From Octopus bimaculoides (Eukaryota), in the NCBI RefSeq assembly GCF_001194135.2, contig NC_068991.1, positions 73,150,622 to 73,214,621 of the forward strand: a DNA stretch of 64,000 bases, read 5' to 3'. The notes beneath the pieces were generated by a model that was given only the letters and a program-made list of their open reading frames with translations, had not been told where the DNA came from and searched no databases. The translations under genes were made by a program, and so were the position numbers. The first letter of the stretch is position 1, and each line of letters begins with the position of its first letter. Positions 26,850 through 40,461 of this stretch are shown piece after piece.

Positions 26850-27610
26850 AATATATTTATTCACGCCAAATATAATCGCCATCGTTAGCAATAACATTTT
26901 CTCAGCTTGATACGACTTTTCTGATTCCTCCGGCAGAAGAAAAAAAAGAAAAAGAATGAAATCCTTCAGAAAAAAATGTTTGGAATGTCGACCTCGTACT
27001 TGATTCTCCATTGTTTTTTTTCTAGTAAATTGTTCAAGTGATCTGAATAAGCGAAAATCTGTTGGTGTTGATTCTGGTGAGCAGGGATGATGAGATAGAG
27101 CCTCGCATTATCATAATATTGCATAATGACTTCTTTACCAAAGCCGTTTGTTTTTGAGCAATGCTTGATTGACACATTCAAGTTTTTGACAATAAATTTC
27201 AGCGAATATTTTTACCATTGTTTTAGTAACTCGAAGAGAACAATACCTATTGTATTCCAACAAATTTAAAAAAAAAAACAACAACTTTGGATACAGATCG
27301 AACATGGGTGTTGCAGCTGAATCATTCTTTTGCCGATAACTACCGCTTGTTACGTGTATTGTTGGCATAGATCCTCCACGTCTAAGAAGCTGTCAGAATT
27401 GGATTAGCAGAAGGTGTTTGTTTATTCGTGATTAGGAAATTGTTGCAGATTGTTGAACGCCCTGCTTTAGCCTAGATGCACAGCTCCTGAGGTACCCACC
27501 TGCTTTTTCTATGCAGTTTCACAATCTGCTTCATATGGTATTCACAGCGAACTGAGGGTAATTAAGCCTCTGGTATAAGTTCCCGATAATTTGACTCGGA
27601 TCCTCTCCAA
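26850..27610 (-). mobile_element. Mariner transposase relic
   Basis: EDPSQ, SRWVPQEL, AEIYCQKLECVNQAL, YDNAR and GIRKVV..ENVIANDGDYI motifs, with many stops. Confidence 0.85.
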
Positions 27611-27658
27611 AATATATTACTTTTAGGTACGTAAAATACACGTGCATAAATACATATG

Positions 27659-27732
<74 letters not shown>

Positions 27733-29939
27733 AACACACACGCATATACATATGCATCTAACCGTTTAACTAAAAAGGTTCTTTTCTAGCATTTGAAAAA
27801 TAAAATATATAAAATAATATAAGAAATCGAAGTTAGCATTGAAACTATTTATATCAAAATCTCCTGAGCGGATGATTTGTAATGCCAGGTTAGAATTGTT
27901 GTTTGGGTGTCTGTTAAAGGAATCGTAATAAATTGTACAAGTCGCCTGTTAACCAGTAATAACGAGTTGACATTGTTGATTGCATGTTTTGCAAAGTCAT
28001 TGTAAAAACTTCGTATATGGAAAATAATAATAATAATAATTATATGTCGATTTGTATAACAAAATTTTATTCTATTTTATTCTTTGATCAGTAAATGTTA
28101 TTTTTTATTTGCTTCTATGTAACAATCTAAGGAAATGACTACAATTCCTTCCAAACTGTTTTTTTTGTGACATGTCCATCAATGTTTTGAAACTGACCTA
28201 CATTTCAGAAGCAAAAATATCGTTATAGTAAATCTTCTGCTCAACACCACAGATTTACTTGTCAGCTGCTTGACCATAACCACTTCAACATGTCCCTTAG
28301 TGGCTGACAATATTTATATCTCTGATCATGAGCAGGAGTAGTGGGGGAGCATCATGGCCATGTGTTGAGAAGGGATCATTGGGGCTTGACTAAATGTAAC
28401 AAAATCAAAGTTTGAAAGAGATATTAGCTATTTATCATACTTTCTAACAGTTGGTACCTCGGGACAGAAATCGTGTGACACCGTGCAATCACCTAACGGT
28501 ATGACTCGAGATAAAGAGTCAACATTATTATTGTTTGCATGTGCATCAAAATGATTATGAAAATTGCTATATGTAGCAGATGTTAAAGCTTAAATATAAT
28601 TTGTATAAGTCGATTATGATGAAATAAGTGGATGACCTGAAATGACGTGTTAAAATTGCTATTTGAATGATTGTCGAAATGATTATAAAAATGTGTACAT
28701 GACGATTGTAATCCTGCAATAATTGCAACAATATGAAAGGTTCAATGTTAATCAAATAACAGCAATAAGATGTTCGATGGAAAGTTAAAGAAAAGCATTT
28801 ATCCACAAAATCTAGGAAATAGACATAAATTCTCAGAAAGATAGTTAAATTTATTCTCTCAAAATAAAAGCTGCAATATGTGGAGTCTGATTATAACAAG
28901 TCAGTATACTCGTCAAAATAGATAGAGAATTAACAGTAATATTTTCAGAGACAATCAAATTAATATTATAGTTATAATAGCTAGCAGGCGGTATCATTAA
29001 TCAAAAATGGTTATACAGAATCCAATATCAAGTATATTTATGAAGAATATATATCTGGAATGTGGTAAGATATATAACGTTCATATGGACATAGGCAATT
29101 TGATATTTTAATATATCAAAAGTATAATGTAAGAGAAGCTGACGTATTTATATAGCAGATCAGAATTGCCGTTTATGTGTGAATTGAAATGATAGTAAAA
29201 ATTTGAAAACACAGATTAAATCATGTGATGCCGTATAATGTAAAGAAACATTTAGGTTTATGCTAGAAAGCGTAGCTAAAATAAGTATATTTTTTTATAA
29301 ATAGATTTAATAGATACATATCGGTAGTTAAAAAACTAAAGATTAACTCAGAGAAAACTGGCCGTTGCTTAGCAGCGTCAGAAGATTCCCTGTGTGCGAT
29401 GTATTCTGTATTCTGGACTAATAACCAAATCAAATACCAATTCGGGGTGCCCCGGCTTATATGTTTACATGCTGTGCTGAACCCAGTACCAAATGCTAAG
29501 AACTATTTCAAAACACCATATTCCAATCTCTTTCGTCGTTATCTGTAATGAGTTGTCCAAAGCACCGTACAACCGCTCTCACTGACAGGGCAAGTGCGTT
29601 AAGAAAGAAAGAAAGTAAATAAAAATATATATATAAAATATAGGAAATATAGGGTTTTATCAGGTAATGGTCAGTGGAGTTTTTTGAGGTCACTTGAAAC
29701 TAACAGACCGGAAAGCGTAAAGAAAGCTGGTGTCCGGTGCAGAAATATACGCTGTGAATCGTTATTAAAGCCTGTTCTATAATTCTCATATCAATTTTTT
29801 GCAGCATGTTTATCAAACCTTGGAAAATATCTTGCCGTAACATTTGGTAGCCAATAACGGAATAGAAGCTTCTAAGTATACGTTGTGAAGTTATTTCACA
29901 TACGATATTAAATACACATATGCGTATATATGTATACTC

Positions 29940-30330
29940 TTTTATTCATTTATCTGTTTCAGTCATTTGACTGCAGTCATGCTGGAGCACAGCCTTTAGT
30001 CGAACACATCGAACCCAGAGCTTATTATTTGTAAGCCTAGTACTTATTCTATCATCACTTTTGCCGAACTGCTAAGATACGGGAACGTAATCACACGAAC
30101 ATCGGTTGTCAAGCGATGTTGAGGGACAAGCTCAGACACACACACAAATACATACATACATGCATACATACATACATACATACATACACAGACACGCACA
30201 CGCACACGTATATATCCGACGGGCTTCTTTCAGTTTCCGTCTACCAAATCCACTTACAAGGCTTTGGTCGGACCGAGGTTATAGTAGACACTCGCTCAAG
30301 GTGCCTCGCAGTGGAACTGGACCCGGAAAC
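29940..30330 (-). mobile_element. CORE-type tRNA SINE family C with internal microsatellite
   Basis: Reverse complement of 35930-36285; tail cagcatgactgcagtcaaatgactgaaacag. Confidence 0.85.
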
Positions 30331-31034
30331 TTCATACTACACAGGCACTCCCTCGCCTATATACATAAACAACAAATATAAATGCCTATGTATACACTTA
30401 TGTGTGTGAGCGTGATTGAGTGTGAGTGAGTGTGTGTGAGTGTGTGTAAGTGAGTGTGTGTGAGTGTGTGTGAGTGAGTGTGTGTGCACTTATGTTTGTG
30501 TGTATCGATATCCGTCGTAAAAAAACATTTCTTTCTGCCTGGAGACTTAATACTTCTTCCGCACAGAAAATTACCATTGGAGTTATATGTATTAAATCAG
30601 TGTTAAATGAACAAACACAATTTTTACCTGGACACCTCGGATATCTACTTTCGGTATCACGCGGATTTGGGACGAACATTACGCATTAAATATAATCAAA
30701 AATTTTACACAAACAATCAATATTTTAGAGAAACCATTTTTAAATACTCCATTACAGTAACAAAAGCTACAGCTTCAGAACATTTTTAGTAGGATATAAA
30801 GAACGTTATAGAATTGAAATAAAAATATATGAAATGTAAAAGTATTGAAACTCGCATTGTGATAGTACGCTGCTGGGTTGAACAACCTATAACAATGTGA
30901 GATATCTCGCATACAGAGGAACAATGACATAAGCTTCAACACAGAATACCACTGAAAAAGTCATCTATTACGCGTGGGCAAAACTGTATGAATGAATATA
31001 CATGTGTACGTGTGTGTGCTTGTGTAAATATATA

Positions 31035-31091
<57 letters not shown>

Positions 31092-32844
31092 NNNNNNNNN
31101 NNNNNNNNNNNNNNNNNNNNNNNNNNNNNNNNNNNNNNNNNNNNNNNNNNNNNNNNNNNNNNNNNNNNNNNNNNNNNNNNNNNNNNNNNNNNNNNNNNNN
31201 NNNNNNNNNNNNNNNNNNNNNNNNNNNNNNNNNNNNNNNNNNNNNNNNNNNNNNNNNNNNNNNNNNNNNNNNNNNNNNNNNNNNNNNNNNNNNNNNNNNN
31301 NNNNNNNNNNNNNNNNNNNNNNNNNNNNNNNNNNNNNNNNNNNNNNNNNNNNNNNNNNNNNNNNNNNNNNNNNNNNNNNNNNNNNNNNNNNNNNNNNNNN
31401 NNNNNNNNNNNNNNNNNNNNNNNNNNNNNNNNNNNNNNNNNNNNNNNNNNNNNNNNNNNNNNNNNNNNNNNNNNNNNNNNNNNNNNNNNNNNNNNNNNNN
31501 NNNNNNNNNNNNNNNNNNNNNNNNNNNNNNNNNNNNNNNNNNNNNNNNNNNNNNNNNNNNNNNNNNNNNNNNNNNNNNNNNNNNNNNNNNNNNNNNNNNN
31601 NNNNNNNNNNNNNNNNNNNNNNNNNNNNNNNNNNNNNNNNNNNNNNNNNNNNNNNNNNNNNNNNNNNNNNNNNNNNNNNNNNNNNNNNNNNNNNNNNNNN
31701 NNNNNNNNNNNNNNNNNNNNNNNNNNNNNNNNNNNNNNNNNNNNNNNNNNNNNNNNNNNNNNNNNNNNNNNNNNNNNNNNNNNNNNNNNNNNNNNNNNNN
31801 NNNNNNNNNNNNNNNNNNNNNNNNNNNNTATATATATACATGCATATATACATATATATAGACTATACATATACATATATACTCATACATATATACACAT
31901 AAGGGTGTAATTATACATAACAGTTTGCAGCTTACAGTGCGTGTTTGAATCAGTCTATCAATGGGCATATATATATATCAATGCATATCCTAAGTCAGAG
32001 AGCGTTGGCAGATTCCTTTATTTGTTATATTACATGCAGAGCTATTGCGTCAATGTAATTGAAAAACTTCACAAAGGTACACGGTGAATGTTTTTGTTCG
32101 ACATTTTAGACGTTCTTCACTCAGAGGCAATCACTTGATTCTACCATACGACTAACTATGTATGCGCACAGAGACACATGTAAACACATGATGCATATAT
32201 ATATACAGGCATATATGTAAATATATATGTGTATATGTATATGCACACATACCTGTATGAGTGGGTGATGAAACAATAGAAAGAAATACTCAGCACATTG
32301 GAGTTGTAAGTAGTTAATATGATGTCGGTTCTGTTCGACAATCGTTTTCTAGACACAGAACGTGTCGACATTTGCATATGTACGGCGCCAGTGTTATGAG
32401 GATTGAAAAGTACTTTAAAAGAAATTTCCATTTATTCGTTCATAGCTATTTTCGCCTAAAGAGTGTGCCTACGAAGATAACTCTGGAGAAGCAGAGTATA
32501 TTTAATATATTTCTGAAGCTGTATCTTCGAATTTGTTGTTTAAATTTACCTTCCACCGATGCAGTATTCTCGGACAATTATTCGGTGTTGTTTCGTAGGT
32601 GTCAGGTATCCATCTTCGCCTCAACGTTACATGACTGACTAAATACTCATGCATTTGTATCCGTCCGTTTGAGGTTTGACGTTTTAATAGTGTCTGTTCA
32701 GCTGTAAATCAACTTGACGTTGTTCCTATTAAATACGTTTCGGCATTTAGTTGATGGGAAATTTGTATTTACTAAGTCCAGAAAGATTTTGGTAATATAA
32801 GACACAGCTATTAAACAGAAGAGACGTACTTACCAAATTATAAC

Positions 32845-33055
32845 GGTTTCAAATTTTGGCACAGGGCCAGCAATTTCGAAACAGGAGTATATGTTGATAA
32901 CATAGACCCCCTGTACTCAACTAATAAATATCTTATCGAGAGAACGAAAAGCAAAGTCGACTGGAGTTGAATTAGAACTAAGAACGCAAAGACGGACGAA
33001 ATGCCGCTAAGCGTTGTGCCCGCCGTGCTAACCGTTCTGTCAGCTCTCCACCTTT
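32845..33055 (-). mobile_element. Family A SINE
   Basis: gcaaagtcgac...gacggacgaaatgccgctaagc...gctaacc. Confidence 0.75.
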
Positions 33056-33789
33056 ATCAAACTTAACTATCTTACTGTTGGATTGCAGACATTGGGGAGG
33101 CATGTGATCTTATCATTGGATCGATTAACTTCTAATGCGTTATTGCTGACAATTTCGTAGTCAACTACTCGTTAGATATTCCTCCACTGATATTATTAAT
33201 TAGGTATTAAAAAAAAAATCTACGGTTGATAGCGGTGATCATCAATATGAACATATGTGAGGTTTTCATACGTTTTGCTAATTTGTTTGTATCTCTCTCT
33301 CTCCCTCTTTCGTTTGCTTGAGGACAATGTCAAAGAAATAGACGATACCAAGATCAGTAGTAATAATTATTTCCATGTAAAACCTGTGTCTTCAAATCTT
33401 TCTTATCTATATTTCTTGGCGTGTTAGGTTACAGCCGAACAATCAATTCTGTGTAAGCATATATTTATTGTTGTGAATTTCATTTTCAGTGTAACGAGAA
33501 TATATATTTCTGTGTGTATGTGTGTGTGCGTGTATACCTATAAGATCACATGTCTTTATGTTAGTACGTTGCTGATATGTTAGCCACATGAACTTGTGAA
33601 TTGGATCTTTGAACCCAGATACAATTATTGTCAAATAGAAGAGTTTTCCTCGCGTAGATAATCCTATCTAAATCACAAGTTTCAATATTATTTAAATTGG
33701 TGAACTCTAGTCCTGTCGCGAGCAGAACTTACAAAATAAAGAGAGAAAATTCTACGATACCGTTTGGAGTAATGTGAAAGTTAATTTTA

Positions 33790-34010
33790 ATATTGGCTTC
33801 AAATTTTGGCATAATGCCAGCAATTTCAGATCGGCGGAAAGTTGATCATGTTGACCCCCAGTTTCCTACTGGTGCTTAGTTTATCGATTCTAAAAGAAAT
33901 GAAATGCAAAGTCACCATCGGCAGAATTGAGCTCAGAACGTAAAGACGGATGAAATGCCACTAAGCATTGCGTTTGGCATATTAACGATTCTGACTATTC
34001 TCTGTCTTGG
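33790..34010 (-). mobile_element. Family A SINE
   Basis: gcaaagtcaccatcggcagaattgagctcagaacgtaaagacgg. Confidence 0.75.
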
Positions 34011-34049
34011 TTATTCTTCATATTAATAAAACTCATTTTGGCTATATTT

Positions 34050-34277
34050 CTATCTCACGACTCTTGCGGGTGTTACGTGCCAAAACCCCACGGAATAGGT
34101 GAAAATGCACGAAGTAGAAACAGAACTGTACAGTATATTTTTTTTATTATTTTCATAATTTGTATATATTTATTTTATTATTAATGCAAAACAACACCAC
34201 AGAGGAATGCTTAAATAATAAACCACGATAGGTGAACCGCGATAAGTGAACCGCGATAGGTGAATCGCGATACTGTA
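34050..34277. mobile_element. Tigger/pogo-like MITE
   Basis: gcgggtgttacg..ccaaaaccc..ataggtgaaaat at the left end. Three tandem gtgaa(c/t)cgcgata motifs and a terminal actgTA at the right end. Confidence 0.6.
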
Positions 34278-34329
34278 TTATTGATATTTATCGCTGGAAG
34301 TTTGTTAATGTCCTAATGTTATTCGCAAA

Positions 34330-34715
34330 ATTGGTTTGAAACTTTGGCAGAGCACCAGCAATTGTGAGGGGGGGGGTCCAAGTCCATTACATAGGTTCCC
34401 AGCACTCAACTGATACTTATTTTATCAAACCCGAAGAGAGGAAAGGCAAAGTCGACCTCGGTGGAATTTGAACTCAGAACGTAAGGACGGAAGAATTTCT
34501 GCTAAACTTTCTTCCAGTGCCGTGACCATCCTGCCAGCTCGCCGCTCTTATCTTGTTCTGAATATTACTGAAAAATTGAAACGCTGCCGAGGTTGACGTC
34601 GTCTTTCATCCTTTCGGGGTCGATAACATAAGGAGCAGCTGAGTTCTGGGGTCGATGTAATCCACTTACCCCCTCCCCCAACTTACTGGCCCTTTTTCAA
34701 GATCTGAAAGCAGTA
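34330..34715. mobile_element. Divergent pair of family A SINEs (34330-34545 minus, 34585-34715 plus)
   Basis: Both match the family body in opposite orientations. Confidence 0.75.
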
Positions 34716-34814
34716 TTAGAGAGGAGTTTCTCACTCGCTTTTCCGACCTGTGTTATTGCGTGGTGCGTTTATCAGTGCTTAGGATTTAACATATAAAACA
34801 AAAAAAATGACTCA

Positions 34815-35060
34815 AGGTCCCTTCCGGAGCCATATGATCAAAAGGCCCTTTCTCAGATTCTGTGGCATAAATATTCTCCCACTACACCTGGATGGGGTCC
34901 AAGTCCGTCGGAGAATTTACTGATTTTTGCCGATTGAGTGAATTGGAGCAACGCGAAATGAGGTGATTTGGTGAAGAACACAACGAATCGCCGGCACAAG
35001 AATTGAAACCATAGCTTTGCGGTCATGACTGTAACACCCTAATCACTTAACCACGTACCT
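34815..35060 (-). mobile_element. tRNA-derived SINE (B-like head with CORE-like body)
   Basis: Minus strand reads gtggttaagtgattagggtgtt...ggtttcaattc...gtgttcttcaccaaatcacctcatttcgcgttgctcc. Confidence 0.6.
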
Positions 35061-35929
35061 CTAGAATGTTTATCGTATATTATCTTCAAATTGTTTTTGA
35101 ATGTTATGTACGGTTTGCATTTAGTTAGTCATTCTAGCCTATTGTAGAGTTTTATTTGAATGACAGTAATTTTACCTTAAATATCAGTATAATTGCATAT
35201 CTCTCTTTCAAAAGTGTGTGGGTGCATGGAAATGACACTGTGTGTGTGTGTTTGTGTGTGTGTTAGTGTTGTACATTAAGAAACACGAAGCTTGAACTGG
35301 TCATATAAATTCGTCTTAATATAGATACTACTATTTGGCAACGAAAGTGTAGAGTTCTCAAAAACATTAAGTAAAGTGTTCAAAACGTGCTCAAAGCAAA
35401 ATGTATATATGTATGTGTATACATACACATAACATACCTTTACACATGGACACACACAGACACACAGGTTCACGGACTCCCATATATANNNNNNNNNNNN
35501 NNNNNNNNNNNNNNNNNNNNNNNNNNNNNNNNNNNNNNNNNNNNNNNNNNNNNNNNNNNNNNNNNNNNNNNNNNNNNNNNNNNNNNNNNNNNNNNNNNNN
35601 NNNNNNNNNNNNNNNNNNNNNNNNNNNNNNNNNNNNNNNNNNNNNNNNNNNNNNNNNNNNNNNNNNNNNNNNNNNNNNNNNNNNNNNNNNNNNNNNNNNN
35701 NNNNNNNNNNNNNNNNNNNNNNNNNNNNNNNNNNNNNNNNNNNNNNNNNNNNNNNNNNNNNNNNNNNNNNNNNNNNNNNNNNNNNNNNNNNNNNNNNNNN
35801 NNNNNNNNNNNNNNNNNNNNNNNNNNNNNNNNNNNNNNNNNNNNNNNNNNNNNNNNNNNNNNNNNNNNNNNNNNNNNNNGTGTGTGTGGGTGTGTGTGTG
35901 TGTGTGTGTGTATGTGTGTACGTATATAT

Positions 35930-36285
35930 ATGCATGGTTCCGGGTTCACTCATAGTGTGCGGCAACTTGGGCAAGTGGCTTCTACTATAGCCTCAGGCCG
36001 ACCAAAGTGAGAGAATTTGGCAGACGGAAACTGAAAGAAGCCCGTTGTATATATATATATATATGTATATATGTTTGTGTGTTTATGTATCTGTGTTTGT
36101 CCTCCCCACCATCGTTTGGCAACCAATGCTAGTGTGTTTACGTCCCCGTAACTTAGCTGTTCGGCAAAAGAGACCGATGGAAAAAGTAATAGGCTTACAA
36201 AGAATACGTCGATTTGCTCGACTGAAAGTGGTGCTCCAGCATTACCGCAGTAAAATGACTGAAACAAATAAAAGAATAAAAAAAT
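35930..36285 (+). mobile_element. CORE-type tRNA SINE family C
   Basis: ggttccgggttca...cttgggcaagtg (CORE-like)...gacggaaactgaaagaagccc, an internal (TA/TG)n tract, and tail aatgactgaaacaaataaaagaata. Confidence 0.88.
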
Positions 36286-36879
36286 ACATATATACATGTG
36301 TATATAATAAGTATGTATGCATGTATAAATACATACGTATGCATACAAAGTTCTGTCCAAACATACACTGCCATAGATGTATAAATCTCCGCAGAAAAAA
36401 CGTATTTAATAAACTAAACTACATTGCTTAAGATTTTGATAGAGTTCTGATATTATATGTGTAATATCTAATATTTTTTTTAATCATATAGCATTGCCAG
36501 AGGATAGTGATAATATGCCGTGAACTGATAATACCTTTGAAGTTTCTGTTATAGCTATTTCTTAACGTTTTAATTATGCTATGCTTTAATCTACAGATTA
36601 GGATAAGAAAACTGATGTATATCTTCTTTGCTTTCAACTTATAAGAAGTTCTTAAGTCGATAACATATAATATGATACATAATATATAAAAAGAAAGACA
36701 TTTTCTGTTAAGAAAAAAACAATTTAATATACAAAGAGGAGACAGTAAACAATTGGTCTTTTAGTTATTTCCTCAATTTAGTGGAGAAGACTAGAAAAAC
36801 GCATACACATGTTTCTGTGTGTGTAAACATATGTACGTAAGTTTGTGTCTACGCTTTGTATACACACACACACACACAT

Positions 36880-36971
<92 letters not shown>

Positions 36972-37417
36972 ACATATGTGCATGCGTTTGTATCTACGCT
37001 TTGTATATATATGTGTATATATANNNNNNNNNNNNNNNNNNNNNNNNNNNNNNNNNNNNNNNNNNNNNNNNNNNNNNNNNNNNNNNNNNNNNNNNNNNNN
37101 NNNNNNNNNNNNNNNNNNNNNNNNNNNNNNNNNNNNNNNNNNNNNNNNNNNNNNNNNNNNNNNNNNNNNNNNNNNNNNNNNNATATATATATATATATAT
37201 GTATGTATATCTGTATATATACCCACATACATATGAATTATATATGTACATACAGGCAGGCAGATGCACACCTATATGCACACATACGTATACATAGATA
37301 TGTCTGTGTGTGTGTGTGTATGTGTGGGTATCTGCGCGTGTATATATATATATATATATGTGTGTATACGTACTTGTCTCTGTGTACACATTCCCATGTG
37401 TGAGTAAACTTATACAC

Positions 37418-37458
<41 letters not shown>

Positions 37459-38091
37459 CACACACTGGTATTATTATACAAACATAGATAAAACACACAA
37501 ACTTGCACACACTTACACCCATATATATAATCATACAAACACCAATATATATATATCTAGTATGGAAAATGTCTGGAAAGAAAACGAGACGTTAATAATG
37601 AAGACAGCACAAATATACTGAGTCTTAAAGTGCTCGTTCGATGGAAACGTCTTCTCGGCGCTCGAAAGATGTACTATTCTTATCAGAGTAGCATAAAGGC
37701 GTCTGTCTCACGTTGACAGATTGAAAATCATCCGAAACGGAAGACATAATGGTCTTCTAATGAATAGATTAAGGTGAATGCATCGTGGCTGTTGAATTAA
37801 CCCATGAAGTGCTCAATATAGAAAGAATCTTAAGGCTCTTTGCCTTTATGCCTTTCCCTCGTTCTTTATATGCAGATAATACATACAGACATACATACAT
37901 GCATACATACATGCATACATACATACATACTATGTACGTATGTATGTGTATATACAGGGCGGGCAAAAAGTCACGTAAAGAATAAATTCTATACGCTTCG
38001 GAAAAAGATATATTTCAATTTATTTTCTAAAATTGAATACAATAAAATAATAATGAATACACCCGAACATTTACACGATGGACAAATTGAA

Positions 38092-38277
<186 letters not shown>

Positions 38278-38371
38278 ATTATATGTTAAATGTCAAATAT
38301 GTTGGTGCTTGACATTCGCTNNNNNNNNNNNNNNNNNNNNNNNNNNNNNNNNNNNNNNNNNNNNNNNNNNN

Positions 38372-38409
<38 letters not shown>

Positions 38410-38410
<1 letters not shown>

Positions 38411-38570
38411 GAGTTTCCATACTGTTTCACCTCTGCGAATCTCACTGGCCTGTCAAGGCAAACGGAAGGTTAATATAGAGGACACTTGCTCATTGTATTG
38501 CATCGCAAGATCGAACCCAGGCCGCTTTCGTATAAAGTGAATCCTATAACCACAAAGCAGCGACTGCACC
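38410..38570 (-). mobile_element. Degenerate family C SINE head
   Basis: gacacttgc...atcgaaccc...taaccacaaagcag...gcacc. Confidence 0.55.
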
Positions 38571-39554
38571 AGGTCATACTTTTATCTCTCCAGCGTTCCA
38601 CTGCTGTCAGGAAAGAGAAAGAGAAAGTCAACATGAAAGTTAATGAAGAATATTACTCATAATTCTTCTGTTTTTTTTTTTGTTCTTTCTTATTCTTTGA
38701 AAATCTTTGTCTTCTGGATCTAGGACGTTCCAGATATTGGCTCTTCGAATCTTATTATTTTCTCCATTGTTCGTCTCAGGAATGTTAATATTTAGAAACT
38801 TGTTTTGTAGTCAAACGTAGATTGATTTTCTTATTCTTTGACGCAGTTTTCTTATTTCATTTCTAACATAAAGTGCATTTCTCTTCAGTGGTTTAAAATA
38901 TATTGGTAACTGTTGATGCCTGAGGCATGATCGTGTTATTTAATATCTTTTTTTTACTTGAGAATCTTACTCCAAGACATGATTTTTCACATTTATCTTA
39001 ATGAGTCAATTTATCCTTCCATTACATTTCCTATTAAAGCCCAGCTTTAAATGTGTTGCTTTAATCTTAATTGAAATCCGATTCTTGACAACCCAGTTTG
39101 ATGAGAAGTGTCTACTCGAATTCTCTATTTGTTTTATTGAAATATAAAACGCCTATTTTGTGTGGAGCTACAGCAAATAAACAGATGGCAAAAAAACATT
39201 GATATAATTTCATTTAACTTTAAGTTATTACGTGTAAAGATCGTAATACAAAAATTTGATGAATACATTCAAATAAAACTAAAAGATTAATGAATGCGTT
39301 AGAACAACATTGCCAATACAAATTATTAATATGGTTAATTCAAGGCAGGTGAGAAGATACCGGCATTTAAAAGCAAAACGATATAATTTAAAGAAGTTAA
39401 TTTATTGTCGACGTATCTTGAGGTCAGGCGTCAAGATATACGACCTTGCTTTCTTTCGTATTTCATACACCGTTGGAGTGAAGGCAGTGGATTGGTAGAT
39501 CCTGACTACTATCACTAAAACAATATTTTATTAACAGTCATTATTAGAATTAAG

Positions 39555-39830
39555 GCGACGAGCAGGCAAAGTCGCTAATACACCGGACAAAATGCTTAGC
39601 GGCATATTGTCTGTCTTTACGTTCTGAGTTCAAATTCCGCCGAGGTAAATTTTGCTTTCATCCTTTCGAAGTCGATCAAAATAGGTACTAGTTGAACGCT
39701 GGAGTTGATGTAATGGACTTATCCCCTCCCTCCAAAATTGCGTGTCTGAGGAGTACTCAGCCACGTGCAGGTTAATTTCGTAAGCAGGCTGTTGGATCAG
39801 CTGTAACCCACGTCATTGCAAAAGGCAGTA
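39555..39830 (+). mobile_element. Family A SINE fused to a family B tail
   Basis: aaggcgacgagcaggc...ctgagttcaaattccgccgagg, then gagtactcagccac..gttaatttc..gcaggctg. Confidence 0.75.
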
Positions 39831-39859
39831 TGTTGAGGTGGTTTACCACAGATTTGTTT

Positions 39860-40260
39860 TAATCACAATCCATCAGCTTCGCCAATTCTTCGATTGTTTG
39901 ACTTGGAATTCGTGAAGAAGTTGATTCAATCGCTCTTCCTCGAACTCAGTTGGCTGACCGGTGTGTAATCCGTCCTTGAGGTCAAAATTCCCATTCTTGA
40001 AGTGCGACAACCAACGGCGGGCAGTACTTTGAAGCACTACTTCTTCGCCATACACAACAAAACCTCACGAGCAGTTTTGGTGGGATAAATCCTCAATTAA
40101 ATGCTAAAAGCAAGTGGTGTCGAAAATGCTCAGTTTTGTCCACTTGATATTGCAATTTAATGATCTGAAAATACACAGAAATCAATAAAATTAAAAAATC
40201 AAAACACACTATCTTGTAGAAAAAAAATTTTTGCCAATGCATTTTATTTCTGCAAGGATT
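39860..40260 (-). mobile_element. Mariner 5' relic (HTH)
   Basis: QVDKTEHFRHHLLLAFN, YGEEVVLQSTARRWLSHFKNGNFDLKD..TGQP. Confidence 0.88.
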
Positions 40261-40408
40261 TCATTTTTAAATTTAGAAAAAAAAAAAACGCTCGTCCTAA
40301 TACATATTTCCAGGATATGGATTGTCGCCGCTGACAAAACACCAACTCTTGACCCGTCGACAAACAGAATGGTATTGAAATAATTCCGCATGATGCAATG
40401 CTTCTAGT

Positions 40409-40461
40409 AATTTGACGAAAACTATAAAGCAGGTTGCTTGCCTAACAGTTTTCGTCAAATT
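40409..40461. ncRNA. Pre-miRNA-like hairpin (candidate)
   Basis: Perfect 15-bp arms aatttgacgaaaact / agttttcgtcaaatt, extendable by 7 more pairs. Confidence 0.25.

Noticed and set aside
29285-29549. 88-codon open frame sharing LNPVP with the 253-362 candidate exon
   Set aside because: Only 5 residues match and the rest does not align; this is expected by chance given the number of peptides compared.
31990-32150. Possible very decayed mariner N-terminus (EKLHK..HGEC)
   Set aside because: Too degenerate to support.
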